This document shows positions 27,016 to 36,766 of a DNA stretch of 64,000 nucleotides, in pieces (position 1 is the first letter of the stretch; every line of letters starts with the position of its first letter). The position numbers were made by a program, and so were the translations under genes. The stretch is from Aggregatilineales bacterium (GTDB lineage: Bacteria > Chloroflexota > Anaerolineae > Aggregatilineales > Phototrophicaceae). The stretch covers positions 28,335 through 92,334 of the forward strand of contig JAUQWZ010000022.1 in assembly GCA_030834905.1 (NCBI GenBank), read 5' to 3'. Below the pieces are notes generated by a model that saw only the letters and a program-made list of their open reading frames with translations, ran no database searches and was not told the DNA's origin.

Positions 27016-27836
27016 AAAAGAAGCCTCTCAACATGAGTAAGCTCACGTTGCGCTAAGTCATAGTAATTCTGATTGAGTTCAATACCGTTATAGTGCCGCT
27101 TCATGCGTTTGGCTACAATTGCCGTTGTACCCGAACCCAGAAATGGATCAAGCACAACATCACCTTCCTGAGTAAATAGATTAATAAACCATTCTGGTAG
27201 CGCTTTAGGAAAAGTTGCGCTGTGATTGCGATTTCCGGTTTCAGGAGCTAAGTGAAGGACGTTTGTTGGATAAACCATGTCACGTCCAGTCCAATTAGAC
27301 ACGTTTTTGCCGAAGCCACTTCCTACTTTTGACGTATCTCGTATCTTGTCGGTTTCGCTGAGCTTGGCGAGACGTGTTTTCGCCCAATCCCCTATCGGAA
27401 CCATTACTGCTTCCTGATACATATTGAACTTGCGCTGCTTGTTAAACTGTAAGCAGCGTTCCCAAGAGTCACGAAAGCGGTTCGACCATTTTCCCGGATA
27501 TGCGTTCTTTTTGTGCCAAACGAACTCTTCTGTCCAAAGCCATCCTTGACGACGCATTTCGAGAATTAGTTCGAGAACATAAGTATGACGCTCCCCATTT
27601 AGCGCTTTTTCCTTAATGTTGAGGATAAACGTTCCCGTTGGCTTGAGCACACGCAGCAATTCCGCAGAACGTGGTAGAAACCACGCGACATAATCATCTG
27701 GATGAATACCGCCATAGGTACTTTTACGACTGTCTGCATAGGGTGGTGAGGTCACAATGAGATCTACACTGTTATCAGGAAAAGATTTCAAGACCTCACC
27801 ACAATCACCATGAAAGATAGTATCGTTTGGTAGCAT
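27012..27836 (-). CDS. Beta-class amino-DNA methyltransferase (probably N4-cytosine)
   Basis: Catalytic TSPPY precedes the SAM-binding VLDPFLGSGTT. Confidence 0.95.
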   Translation of the reverse strand: MLPNDTIFHGDCGEVLKSFPDNSVDLIVTSPPYADSRKSTYGGIHPDDYVAWFLPRSAELLRVLKPTGTFILNIKEKALNGERHTYVLELILEMRRQGWLWTEEFVWHKKNAYPGKWSNRFRDSWERCLQFNKQRKFNMYQEAVMVPIGDWAKTRLAKLSETDKIRDTSKVGSGFGKNVSNWTGRDMVYPTNVLHLAPETGNRNHSATFPKALPEWFINLFTQEGDVVLDPFLGSGTTAIVAKRMKRHYNGIELNQNYYDLAQRELTHVERLLL

Positions 27837-27870
27837 CGCATTATCCCTTCAATGGTTGCATCAGAACTTT

Positions 27871-27879
27871 ATTCTAGCA
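27871..27879 (-). promoter_or_regulatory. Putative extended -10 promoter of the R-M pair
   Basis: TGCTAGAAT on the minus strand in the 51-bp gap upstream of the MTase. Confidence 0.4.
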
Positions 27880-27887
27880 CACATTTT

Positions 27888-29090
27888 CTACTGGCACGAC
27901 AGAGATGTTGGCGTGGCGGCTTCCGCCCAGCGGCGGTTGAACTCGGCGGTGTACTGTGCCGCCAGATCGGGATCGCTGATGATAACCAGATTTTCGTCGT
28001 TGGAACGGGTGGCGTTGCCGGAAATGTTGAATGAGCCGGTGATCACCGTCACGTCGTCGATGATGAAAACCTTGTGATGCAGGATGAACGGATTGCCGTC
28101 CTGCCGCACCTCTAGTCCCGCGCAGAACAGCGGCGTCATCTCGCTGAACTCGGTTTCGCTGCCGGTGCGCTCGAAGATGCCCTGCACGTTCACGCCCGCG
28201 CCCGCCCGTGAGATCAGAATGTCGCCCATCTCATCCACCGTAAACGAGAAGGTCATGAAGCGGATCGAACGCTGCGCGGCGCTGAGGGCGTCGTCAATAG
28301 CGCGGATGACGTCGTCTTCGGGCGCGAAATAGACGCCGATGGGGATGGCGTCCTGCGCGAATTGAGCGTTGGGTGTGTTGGACGGTGATGACGGTCCAAA
28401 GCGCCTATCGACGAACATCTCGTTAAATTCCGCCTGATAATTGGCGACTGCCTGACGCGAGCGAATGACCAGCGCGTTGTTGTTGTTGCGGTAGGTGTCG
28501 TTGATGGTGAAGTTCCACGATCCCGTCCAGACGACGGTGCTGTCGATGATGACGAACTTGTTGTGCATCAGGGCGGTGCGGTCATCGGTGACCACTGGAA
28601 TCCCGGCGCTGATCAACTGGTGCAGAGTCGTCTCGTCGTCGCCAAGTCCGTCCTCGTTATCCGCCACTACCCGAATCACCACACCGCGCTGTTTCGCCGC
28701 CAGCACTGCCTGCGTCAGCGACTGAAGGTTGAACTCGTAGGCGGCGATATCAATCGTGCGCCGCGCCTCGCCGATGGCGATTGCCAGCATGGTATCAATG
28801 CCGCCGGCATAGCTGGCTGGGTCGCGGTTGCCGGTGGGCGCGGTGAAGTACACCTGCCAGAAGCCTTTTTGCGCGGCAAAGCCCTGCGGCAGATTGAAAG
28901 TCGCCACGCTGCCGGGCGTGGTGAGGATGGTCGGTATAGGGACAATCGAGGGCGTTGGCGTCGGGTTAATGCCAAGCACATCGATGCCGGTGATCTGTGA
29001 AAAAATGAAGGCAGCCAGCAGGATGATGACGCCGATGATGCTGCCGACGAGATTACGCTGCTGCGATGCGGTGCTTTTGCGCTTTGCCAT
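27888..29090 (-). CDS. Membrane-anchored phospholipase D-superfamily protein (two HKD motifs)
   Basis: HNKFVIID and HHKVFIID; N-terminal basic stretch plus TM helix. Confidence 0.9.
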   Translation of the reverse strand: MAKRKSTASQQRNLVGSIIGVIILLAAFIFSQITGIDVLGINPTPTPSIVPIPTILTTPGSVATFNLPQGFAAQKGFWQVYFTAPTGNRDPASYAGGIDTMLAIAIGEARRTIDIAAYEFNLQSLTQAVLAAKQRGVVIRVVADNEDGLGDDETTLHQLISAGIPVVTDDRTALMHNKFVIIDSTVVWTGSWNFTINDTYRNNNNALVIRSRQAVANYQAEFNEMFVDRRFGPSSPSNTPNAQFAQDAIPIGVYFAPEDDVIRAIDDALSAAQRSIRFMTFSFTVDEMGDILISRAGAGVNVQGIFERTGSETEFSEMTPLFCAGLEVRQDGNPFILHHKVFIIDDVTVITGSFNISGNATRSNDENLVIISDPDLAAQYTAEFNRRWAEAATPTSLSCQ

Positions 29091-29852
29091 TTACAGATGA
29101 TCTCCTGAAGGGTGTTCGTCGCGCGGATGCGAGTCGTCGCCGGGCAGTGTGTCCTCTGAAGCTGGCTCAGGTGTTTCGCCCGATTCGCTGGCGCTGCTGT
29201 CCGGCGGCTGATCAGCGGCAGATGATACCACTTCAGCCGCGTCAGCCAGAGGCTGCATGAAGTTTCGCCACCAGGCGGCTGCCTGTGGGGCGGCTGTTTC
29301 GGCGGGAACATCGGGGGGCGGCGGCGGCGCGGCGGGTTCTTCCGCTTCGGCGGGTGGCTCGGCGGATGAAAACGCCGGAGGCTGCGCGGGCGCGGGCGGT
29401 GCTGGGGGTGCTGGCGGCGTTTCCGGCGCAGACGGGGCTGGCGCTGCCTGGGCAGCAGGCGCGGCGCTGGTTTCGATCTGGCTGAGCAGCGCCTGAAGCG
29501 CGGCGACATTATCGGCGGCGGCTTGCGCCTCAAACGACGCCGTGAATGCGTCGGCGGGCAGCGGGTAGCCCAGCGACTGGGCGTGGTCGGCAATTTTGGC
29601 GAAGGCGGCTGCCTGCTCGTCGGGCGTGGAATAGCTGCGCCGCCCGATGAAGCGGTTGATCGATTTGATCAGGCTGCCGAGGGTATCGACAGCCGTTTCG
29701 AAGGCGGTTTCGTCGGCGCTGCTGGCGTCAACCTTGCTCAACTCTGCTTCCGCCCAGCGTAACAGGTGCTGCGCCTCGTCGTCGGTCAGTTCGTCGCGCA
29801 GATCCGAGTCTTCGTAGAGGCGCTCGATGGCGGCTTCAACGCGGGCGCTCAT
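29091..29852 (-). CDS. Hypothetical protein, helical N-terminus and Pro/Ala-rich acidic tail
   Basis: ORF abuts both neighbours (0 and 2 bp gaps). Confidence 0.7.
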   Translation of the reverse strand: MSARVEAAIERLYEDSDLRDELTDDEAQHLLRWAEAELSKVDASSADETAFETAVDTLGSLIKSINRFIGRRSYSTPDEQAAAFAKIADHAQSLGYPLPADAFTASFEAQAAADNVAALQALLSQIETSAAPAAQAAPAPSAPETPPAPPAPPAPAQPPAFSSAEPPAEAEEPAAPPPPPDVPAETAAPQAAAWWRNFMQPLADAAEVVSSAADQPPDSSASESGETPEPASEDTLPGDDSHPRDEHPSGDHL

Positions 29853-29854
29853 GA

Positions 29855-30481
29855 CTACGTTCCGGTTTCGTCGGGTGAAACATCGACCACGTCACCTTCC
29901 CGGTCGAGGTCGGTGTATGGGCGCAGCATTTCGGTGATGAGGGTATGCCCGTTTGCCTGGGCTACCTCAACTGGCAGCTTGCCGTTGTGATCGGTGGCAT
30001 AGGGGTTAGCGTCGTGTTCGAGCAGCCAGCGCGCCATCTCTGCCTGACCGAAGCCTGCCGCGCCGTGAAGGGCGGTATTGCCGCCCGCGCCCGCGTTCAC
30101 GTCGGCGCCCGCCGCCAGCAAGCGCTCGGCAATGGCGATATTGCCGCTGATCGCCGGATAGAACATCACTGGGATGTCGTGCGCGCCGCTTGCCCCCGCC
30201 AGCAGCGGATTATCGTTGAGGAAGGTGCTGACTTCGTCCTCATAGCCAAGCATGGCTGCCGTACAGATATCCAGCGGCGCGCCCTTCTCAAGCAGATATT
30301 CGGCGATTTCCCGGCTGCCGACGTGCGCCGCCGCCTGGATCGGCGTTTCGACCCACGAGGCATTTTCGTTGAGCAGCCCCGGGTTTTCGCCGAGGATTTC
30401 CTGCACCCTGGCAAAATCCTGATGGGCGGCGATTACGAGTTGATCGATTTGGTTCTGATCGAGTTGTTGGGAAGTAGTCAT
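29855..30481 (-). CDS. Ankyrin repeat protein
   Basis: TPIQAAAHVG, GADVN...NTALHGAAGFG...LLEHDANP. Confidence 0.9.
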   Translation of the reverse strand: MTTSQQLDQNQIDQLVIAAHQDFARVQEILGENPGLLNENASWVETPIQAAAHVGSREIAEYLLEKGAPLDICTAAMLGYEDEVSTFLNDNPLLAGASGAHDIPVMFYPAISGNIAIAERLLAAGADVNAGAGGNTALHGAAGFGQAEMARWLLEHDANPYATDHNGKLPVEVAQANGHTLITEMLRPYTDLDREGDVVDVSPDETGT

Positions 30482-30641
30482 CAGTTTTGTCCTTTATCGC
30501 TCCTATCCTCAATACTAGACGTTTGCCTGCTTCAAATCAATTTCATGGCTCGCTGCTGGCTGTAATCTGGGGCTGGCAGCCGCTTACGTCGATCTTCTGG
30601 CATCTCATGTTGTAATAGGGATAGAAGATGAGAGGCAGGGT

Positions 30642-31199
30642 GTGATCACCGACGAAGAACTGGCGCTGAATCTTAAGGATGCCAGCGGGGGGCAGCAGGG
30701 CGCGCTAACGGCGCTGGTCGAGCGACATTACGACGCGCTGCTGGGCTACCTGTATCGCCTGACCGGCGGTGACCGCGCTCTGGCGGAAGATCTCGTCCAG
30801 GAAGCGTTTCTGCGCCTGCTGAACGCGGCGGGGCAGTACCAGTATCCGCGCCCGTTCAAGCCGTGGCTGTACGCCATCGCTACTAATCTTGCCCGCAACC
30901 ATTACAAACGCGCCGATACACGCCGCACGCTGGCGGCGGTGGACGAGGACTACGACGGTGAAGGGATAGACGAGACGCCGGAAGCCGTGCTGCTGGCAGA
31001 TGCCGAAGTTCAGGCGGTGATTACGGCGCTGGTCAGCCTGCCGAATGAACAGCGCGAAGTCATCGTGCTGTATTACTACCAGTCGCTGGAAGGACAAGAG
31101 ATCGCGGCGGCGCTGGGGATTCCGTTGGGAACGGTGCGGTCGCGGCTGGCGGCGGGCGTGCGCAAGCTGCGCCAATGGATGCAAGCAGCGGCGAGGTGA
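30642..31199 (+). CDS. ECF sigma factor
   Basis: AEDLVQEAFLRL, FKPWLYAIATN, EIAAALGIPLGTVRSRL. Confidence 0.95.
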   Translation: MITDEELALNLKDASGGQQGALTALVERHYDALLGYLYRLTGGDRALAEDLVQEAFLRLLNAAGQYQYPRPFKPWLYAIATNLARNHYKRADTRRTLAAVDEDYDGEGIDETPEAVLLADAEVQAVITALVSLPNEQREVIVLYYYQSLEGQEIAAALGIPLGTVRSRLAAGVRKLRQWMQAAAR

Positions 31200-31338
31200 C
31201 CGAAATGTGGTATGCGCTTGTTCTACCCCTCACCCCTGCCCGTCTCCCACACAAGCGGGGAGAGGGGAGAAAGATGACGTTCAGTGTATTTAAGTCCCTC
31301 TCCATGAGGGAGAGGGATTTAGGGTGAGGGCTGCGCCA

Positions 31339-32178
31339 ATGAAACACACGTCTAATCACAACGAAATGCCGGATGAAGCGGCGATGGGCGAAGTGGGGCA
31401 TTTTTTGCGCCAGTGGCAAGCGCCTGAAGCTGACCCGGACGCCAAAGCGCGGTTGATCGCCCTGCTGGCGCGGGCACAGATGCGCCCGGCGAACGCCGCG
31501 CCGGTGATAGCGCGTTCGGCGCTGAGGATGTCGCTGCGCTGGGCGTGGCTGATTTTGCGGGCGCAGACACGCCTGATCCACCGCGTCATGTGGGTGGCGT
31601 CGGCGCTGCTGCTGGCGCTGGGCACGCTGGTGACGCTGATCAGCTACCAGACACCGAACGGCACGACGCTGCCGATCATCCTGATCGCGCCGGTGGTGGC
31701 GGCGGTGGGGGTGGCGTTCCTGTATGGCGAAGACGTTGACCCGCCGCTGGAACTGCAAATGACGACGCCCGTCTCGCCGCGCCTGATTTTGCTGGCGCGG
31801 CTGGCGCTGCTGTTCGGCTTTAATCTGGCGCTGGCGCTGGCGGGCAGTCTGGTGCTGGCGGCGGCGCGGGCGGAGATTTCGCTGCTGCCGCTGGTGCTGT
31901 CGTGGCTGGCGCCGATGACGTTCCTCTCGGCGCTGGCGTTCCTGCTCGGCGTGCTGCTGTTCGATACCACGCTCAGCATCATCATCAGCATCGCCGCCTG
32001 GTTTGTGCTGGTGTGGCGGCATTTTGGCGACCTGACAGTGATGCCGTATGCAGCCTATCTACCCGACCTGCTGGCGGTTGATCTGCGGCTGACGTTGTTC
32101 GCGGTCGCGCCGCTGCTGGTGCTGGTGGCGCTGTGGCTTTCGGCGCGCGAGAGCCGCTTCAACAATACAAGCGGCTGA
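31339..32178 (+). CDS. Multi-TM protein with short soluble N-terminus (putative anti-sigma/ABC-2 permease)
   Basis: About 6 hydrophobic helices; ELQMTTP motif echoes ELLLSSP of the next gene; start uncertain. Confidence 0.7.
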   Translation: MKHTSNHNEMPDEAAMGEVGHFLRQWQAPEADPDAKARLIALLARAQMRPANAAPVIARSALRMSLRWAWLILRAQTRLIHRVMWVASALLLALGTLVTLISYQTPNGTTLPIILIAPVVAAVGVAFLYGEDVDPPLELQMTTPVSPRLILLARLALLFGFNLALALAGSLVLAAARAEISLLPLVLSWLAPMTFLSALAFLLGVLLFDTTLSIIISIAAWFVLVWRHFGDLTVMPYAAYLPDLLAVDLRLTLFAVAPLLVLVALWLSARESRFNNTSG

Positions 32179-32234
32179 TTTGTGAGATTGAAACCTCACC
32201 CCACTAAACAAAGTGCAGCGGGGTGAGGTAGTAA

Positions 32235-32936
32235 ATGGAGGAACGCTTGAGCACAAAATGGTCTTTCGCGTGGCGGATGAGCTTCCGCGTGATGGGATGG
32301 TATTTTCCGCTGGTCAGCATCATTGTCCTGTTTGTCGTGATGGTGTTTCCAGAGACGCGAAGCCGAACCATCGAGATCGTCATGCCGCTGATCGCGGGGC
32401 TTCAGGCGGCATTCCTGTTCGCGCCTGACGACGAACCGGCGCTGGAACTGCTGCTGTCGTCGCCGCGCCCGGCTTCGTGGGTGATCTACGAACGGCTGGC
32501 GGCGCTGCTGGGGATCCAGGTGAGCATCGGTCTGCTGTGGTCGCTGCTGATTTCGGCGCTGCCGGATATGCCCGACGTGCCCGCGCTGGTGATCGGCTGG
32601 CTGCCGCCGACGCTGGCGCTGATCGGATTGGCAGCGGCGATCACGTTTGTGATGCGGCGCAGCAGTTTCGGCGTGCTGGCGGCGCTCTTTATCTATGGAG
32701 CGCTGCTGTTCGCGGGCGATATGGCGGTGATGCAGTGGAATTTTGCGTGGGTCGTCCACCTGTTTTTGCAGCGCGATTTCGCCTATGCGCTTGCTATGAC
32801 GTGGAACTCCTCGCCCGATCTGCTCTATTTCGCCAACCGCGCCGTCCTCATGCTGGTTGGAGCCGCCGGCATGGTGTGGATTTTATACGGGCTGCGAGAT
32901 GAGGAGAAGATGTTGGGCGCAGGGAACAGGGGATAG
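32235..32936 (+). CDS. ABC-2-type permease-like membrane protein
   Basis: Multi-TM; lies in the ABC operon. Confidence 0.75.
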   Translation: MEERLSTKWSFAWRMSFRVMGWYFPLVSIIVLFVVMVFPETRSRTIEIVMPLIAGLQAAFLFAPDDEPALELLLSSPRPASWVIYERLAALLGIQVSIGLLWSLLISALPDMPDVPALVIGWLPPTLALIGLAAAITFVMRRSSFGVLAALFIYGALLFAGDMAVMQWNFAWVVHLFLQRDFAYALAMTWNSSPDLLYFANRAVLMLVGAAGMVWILYGLRDEEKMLGAGNRG

Positions 32937-32947
32937 GGCGGAGTCAA

Positions 32948-32976
32948 AAGTGCAAAGTTGAAAGTGAGAGCAGCTT
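32948..32976. repeat. 29-bp inverted repeat, left copy
   Basis: AAGTGCAAAGTTGAAAGTGAGAGCAGCTT; exact reverse complement at 33977-34005. Confidence 0.9.
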
Positions 32977-33040
32977 GCTACTTTCAACTTGCTACTTTCA
33001 ACTTCTTTTTCTAATCGCTAACTGCTAAAGGCTAAAACCA

Positions 33041-33949
33041 ATGAGCTTACAACTTGCCCAACTACGCGGAATGATCAAATACGAACTGCTGATGGCATGG
33101 CGTCGGCGCAGCCTGCTGGTGACGATCCTGTTTCTGTTCGTCGGGCTGGCAGTGTTCACCATGACCATGCAGAAAGAGCCGCTGGGCGCGGAGGGCGGCG
33201 AAGTCCTGTACGTGGACGATACGGTTACACCCGCAACCGTGACCATGCGGCTGTACGCCACAGGTGAAGTGACGACGATGCCAGCCGATGACGCTGTCCT
33301 GACCAACATCCCCAACTGGCTGCGAAACATCGATTTGCAGCAGGCGAACGCCACCCTCAAAATGGCAACGCTGCTGACGCTTGTGACGCAGCTTCTGATC
33401 ATCATGCTGCTGCTGATGAGCGCCGAGACGATTCCGCTGGACAAGCACTACCGGGTGAACGAACTGCTGCACACCCTGCCGGTTGGACGCGCCACGTATC
33501 TCGGCGGCAAGCTGCTGGCGGTCTGGGTTGGGCTGCTTGCCGGAATGGTGATGTGCGCCCTGCTCTACATTCCTATCGCGCAGGGGCGCTTTGGGGCGTT
33601 TGACATGAGCGCCTATCTGCGGCTTTGGGGCGTGATGCTGCTGCCTGCCGCCGTCTTCGCCTCGGGGCTGTCGATTCTGGCGGCGGCGGGCGTGGCGACG
33701 CGGCGGGCGTCGGTGCTGATCGGGCTGGCGCTGATGCCTGCCGGTATTTTCGTGTTCGTGTTCGTCATTCTGGCGGTCTTTACGCCGCTGGTGGGCACCG
33801 CAAACGCCGCCTATACCTCGCTCAGCTATGACGGCTTGATCAACTCGATGTTCGGCAATATCGGGCAGACGATGCTGATCGCTAATCTGGCGATGCTGTT
33901 GCTGGGGCTGGTGGTGTGGGGCGTCGGGCGGCTGAGGGAAGGACAGTAG
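33041..33949 (+). CDS. ABC-2-type permease-like membrane protein
   Basis: YELLMAWRRR, ELLHTLP, YLGGKL motifs; multi-TM. Confidence 0.8.
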   Translation: MSLQLAQLRGMIKYELLMAWRRRSLLVTILFLFVGLAVFTMTMQKEPLGAEGGEVLYVDDTVTPATVTMRLYATGEVTTMPADDAVLTNIPNWLRNIDLQQANATLKMATLLTLVTQLLIIMLLLMSAETIPLDKHYRVNELLHTLPVGRATYLGGKLLAVWVGLLAGMVMCALLYIPIAQGRFGAFDMSAYLRLWGVMLLPAAVFASGLSILAAAGVATRRASVLIGLALMPAGIFVFVFVILAVFTPLVGTANAAYTSLSYDGLINSMFGNIGQTMLIANLAMLLLGLVVWGVGRLREGQ

Positions 33950-33976
33950 AGCGCTGAAACAAAAGTGAAAAGTAGA

Positions 33977-34005
33977 AAGCTGCTCTCACTTTCAACTTTG
34001 CACTT
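33977..34005. repeat. 29-bp inverted repeat, right copy
   Basis: Exact reverse complement of 32948-32976. Confidence 0.9.
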
Positions 34006-34036
34006 CTTTTTCTCAGTACTAACAGAAGGCTAAACC

Positions 34037-34933
34037 ATGATTGAAATTACCAACCTCACCAAAACGTATCGCGGCGGCGTGAAGGCGCTGAACGGTCTGA
34101 CACTGGATATCGGCATGGGCATGTTTGGGCTGGTCGGTCCCAACGGCGCGGGCAAGACGACGTTCATGCGCATCCTCGCCGGGCTGCTGCGCCCGACCAC
34201 CGGGCAGGTGATCGCCTTCGGGCACGATATGAATACGGCACATGGACGGATGGCGGCAAAAGCCAATCTCGGCTATCTGCCGCAGGAGCTGGGCTTGTAT
34301 CCCAACCTGAACGCGCTCGAATTCCTCGACTACATGGCGATCCTCAAAGGCGTGACTGACGGCGGCGAGCGCAAGCGGCAGATACACGATCTGCTGGAGA
34401 AGGTGCGCCTGACCGACGTGGCGAAGCGGCGGCTGAAGACTTATTCCGGCGGCATGAAGCGGCGCATCGGCATCGCTCAGGCATTGCTGGGCAACCCGCG
34501 CCTGCTGATCGTGGACGAGCCGACTTCGGGACTTGATCCTGAGGAACGGGTGCGCTTCCGCAATCTGCTGGCGGACATGGCGCTGGAACGGACGATTATC
34601 CTCTCGACGCATATCGTCGAGGATATCAGCCAGAGCTGCAACGATCTGGCGGTCATGCGCGCCGGTCAGGTGATCTTCCGGGGCGCGCCGGGCGATTTGA
34701 TCGAACGGGCGCGCGGGCACGTGTGGACGATCACCAGTTCGGGCGAGCGCCCCAACGGCGGCTTGACGCTGGTTTCGACGCTGCAAATGGCGAACGGCGT
34801 GCAGTATCGCGTGGTCGGCGATCCGCCGCCGGAGTATCGCGCGGTGCCCAACGAGCCAAGTCTTGAGGATGGCTATATGTGGCTGATGCAGGATACGGTC
34901 AGCGCAGCGGAGCGCGAGGGGATCGGCGTGTAG
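34037..34933 (+). CDS. ABC transporter ATP-binding protein
   Basis: GPNGAGKTT, YSGGMKRR, IVDEP. Confidence 0.97.
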   Translation: MIEITNLTKTYRGGVKALNGLTLDIGMGMFGLVGPNGAGKTTFMRILAGLLRPTTGQVIAFGHDMNTAHGRMAAKANLGYLPQELGLYPNLNALEFLDYMAILKGVTDGGERKRQIHDLLEKVRLTDVAKRRLKTYSGGMKRRIGIAQALLGNPRLLIVDEPTSGLDPEERVRFRNLLADMALERTIILSTHIVEDISQSCNDLAVMRAGQVIFRGAPGDLIERARGHVWTITSSGERPNGGLTLVSTLQMANGVQYRVVGDPPPEYRAVPNEPSLEDGYMWLMQDTVSAAEREGIGV

Positions 34934-35008
34934 GCGGTTCAACTTCTCCTCGCTTTCTTTTCGCGCCCTTTGCGTTACCATTCACCTGGAAACGGGTGAA
35001 CGAGTGAC

Positions 35009-36682
35009 GTGAAAGCCATGCTTACTGTTGCCGATGCGCTGCAAATGCCAGAATTTGCCGGGGCGCGGGTGGTCGCCGGATCAGCCGGGCTGAGCCACGC
35101 CGTCGCCTGGGTGCATGTCTCAGGCGTGCCCGATGCCCCGCAGTGGCTGAACGGCGGCGAGCTGGTGCTGACGACCGCTATCAACATGCCAACCGATCCC
35201 GACGAGCAGCGAAGCTATATTCAGGCGATGGCGGATAAGGGCGTGGCGGCGCTGGCAATCGCCGTCGGGCGCTACATCACCCAGACGTCCGATTATCTGC
35301 GCGATCAGGCGGAGAGCAGCCAGTTTCCGCTGATCGAGATCCCCTTTCAGGCGCGGTTCGTGGATATTGCCCGCGCCACTAACCAGCGCATTGCTCAGGA
35401 GAATATGGCGCTGGTCGAAAGGGCGCTGACCATCAACCGGGTGCTGACCCAGTTGGTGCTGGCGGGCGGCGATTTGCGCCAGCTTGCCGAAACGCTGGCG
35501 GGGCTGGTTGGGCAGTCGGTCAGCATCGAGAACGAGCGCTTTGAGGCGCTGGCGGCGCACAATATCGCCGCCTTTGACGAAGCCCGACGCTACACCCTCA
35601 GCGAAGGGCGCACCGATCCCCGGCTGATTCGAGCGCTGGAAGATCGGGGCGTCCTCGGACAGATTCGGGACACGCTGCGCCCGGTGCAAATTCCGCAGAT
35701 GCCGGACGTAGGTCTGGAGATGGAGCGCATCCTCGCGCCGATTGTTGTCCACAGCGAGATTTACGGCTACGTCTGGATTATCGCCGATGACCGCCCGCTG
35801 TCGGATTTAGACCGGATGGCGCTGGAAAGCGGGGCGACGATTGCCGCGCTGATGATGCTGTATCAGGAAGCGGCGCAGAACGCCGAAGCCTCGCTGAAGG
35901 GCGGGCTGCTGTCGCAGTTGATACAGGGCGATCCGGGACGCGAAGCGGTGCTGAACGATCAGACGCTGCGTTACGGGCTGAACCTGACCGCGCCGTTCAC
36001 CATGCTGCTGATTGAGCCAAAAGGAGAAGGCGACGAGCGCGGCTCGCAGAGGCTGCTCCAGCTTTATCGTCGTCTGAACCGGCTGGCGTCGTCACAGCGC
36101 TGGCAGGCGGTGGTCGGGCAGTTCGCCGGGCAGGTGGTCGTCCTCATTCAGGCGAACGCCAGCGTGGATGCGATTGTCGATGCCGTCCATGCCCCATCGG
36201 ACGCGAACGCGCCGCTGGGCGCTGTGCGGGTGGCGGTGAGCGCCGTCCATCGGGGCGCGGACAGCGCCAGCCTGGCGCACCAGCAGTGCCGCGACGCGCT
36301 GCTGATCGCCTCGCGGCTGGGCGACGAGGTGCTGGCGCGGGACGGCACGATCTATTTTGACGATCTTGGCTATTTACACACGCTGTATCGCGCCGGGGCG
36401 GAAAGCCTGACCAGCAGCCCCTACGCGCGGGCGCTGCGGCGGCTGCGGCGCGAAAACGGGGCAGACCTGTTTCATACGCTGGAAGTGTATCTGGATGCGG
36501 GCGGCAACAGCGTACTGACGGCGGAACGGCTGACCATTCACCGCAGCACGCTGAACTATCGTCTGGCGCGCATTCAGGAACTTCTGGATGTGAAGCTGAA
36601 CGAGCCGATCATACGAACCAATCTGCAAGTCGCGCTCAAACTGCTCCGGTTGTTTGAGGTCGAGAACGAAGAATTGCGCTGA
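35009..36682 (+). CDS. PucR family transcriptional regulator
   Basis: N-terminal WLNGGELVLTT purine-catabolism domain; C-terminal TAERLTIHRSTLNYRL. Confidence 0.92.
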   Translation: MKAMLTVADALQMPEFAGARVVAGSAGLSHAVAWVHVSGVPDAPQWLNGGELVLTTAINMPTDPDEQRSYIQAMADKGVAALAIAVGRYITQTSDYLRDQAESSQFPLIEIPFQARFVDIARATNQRIAQENMALVERALTINRVLTQLVLAGGDLRQLAETLAGLVGQSVSIENERFEALAAHNIAAFDEARRYTLSEGRTDPRLIRALEDRGVLGQIRDTLRPVQIPQMPDVGLEMERILAPIVVHSEIYGYVWIIADDRPLSDLDRMALESGATIAALMMLYQEAAQNAEASLKGGLLSQLIQGDPGREAVLNDQTLRYGLNLTAPFTMLLIEPKGEGDERGSQRLLQLYRRLNRLASSQRWQAVVGQFAGQVVVLIQANASVDAIVDAVHAPSDANAPLGAVRVAVSAVHRGADSASLAHQQCRDALLIASRLGDEVLARDGTIYFDDLGYLHTLYRAGAESLTSSPYARALRRLRRENGADLFHTLEVYLDAGGNSVLTAERLTIHRSTLNYRLARIQELLDVKLNEPIIRTNLQVALKLLRLFEVENEELR

Positions 36683-36766
36683 CGGTCATATCGAGCGAAG
36701 GATCAACTCAGAATCCTGCCGGATGGTCGGCAGCCGGTAACTATGGATTGAGGCTTGTCTACTCGC

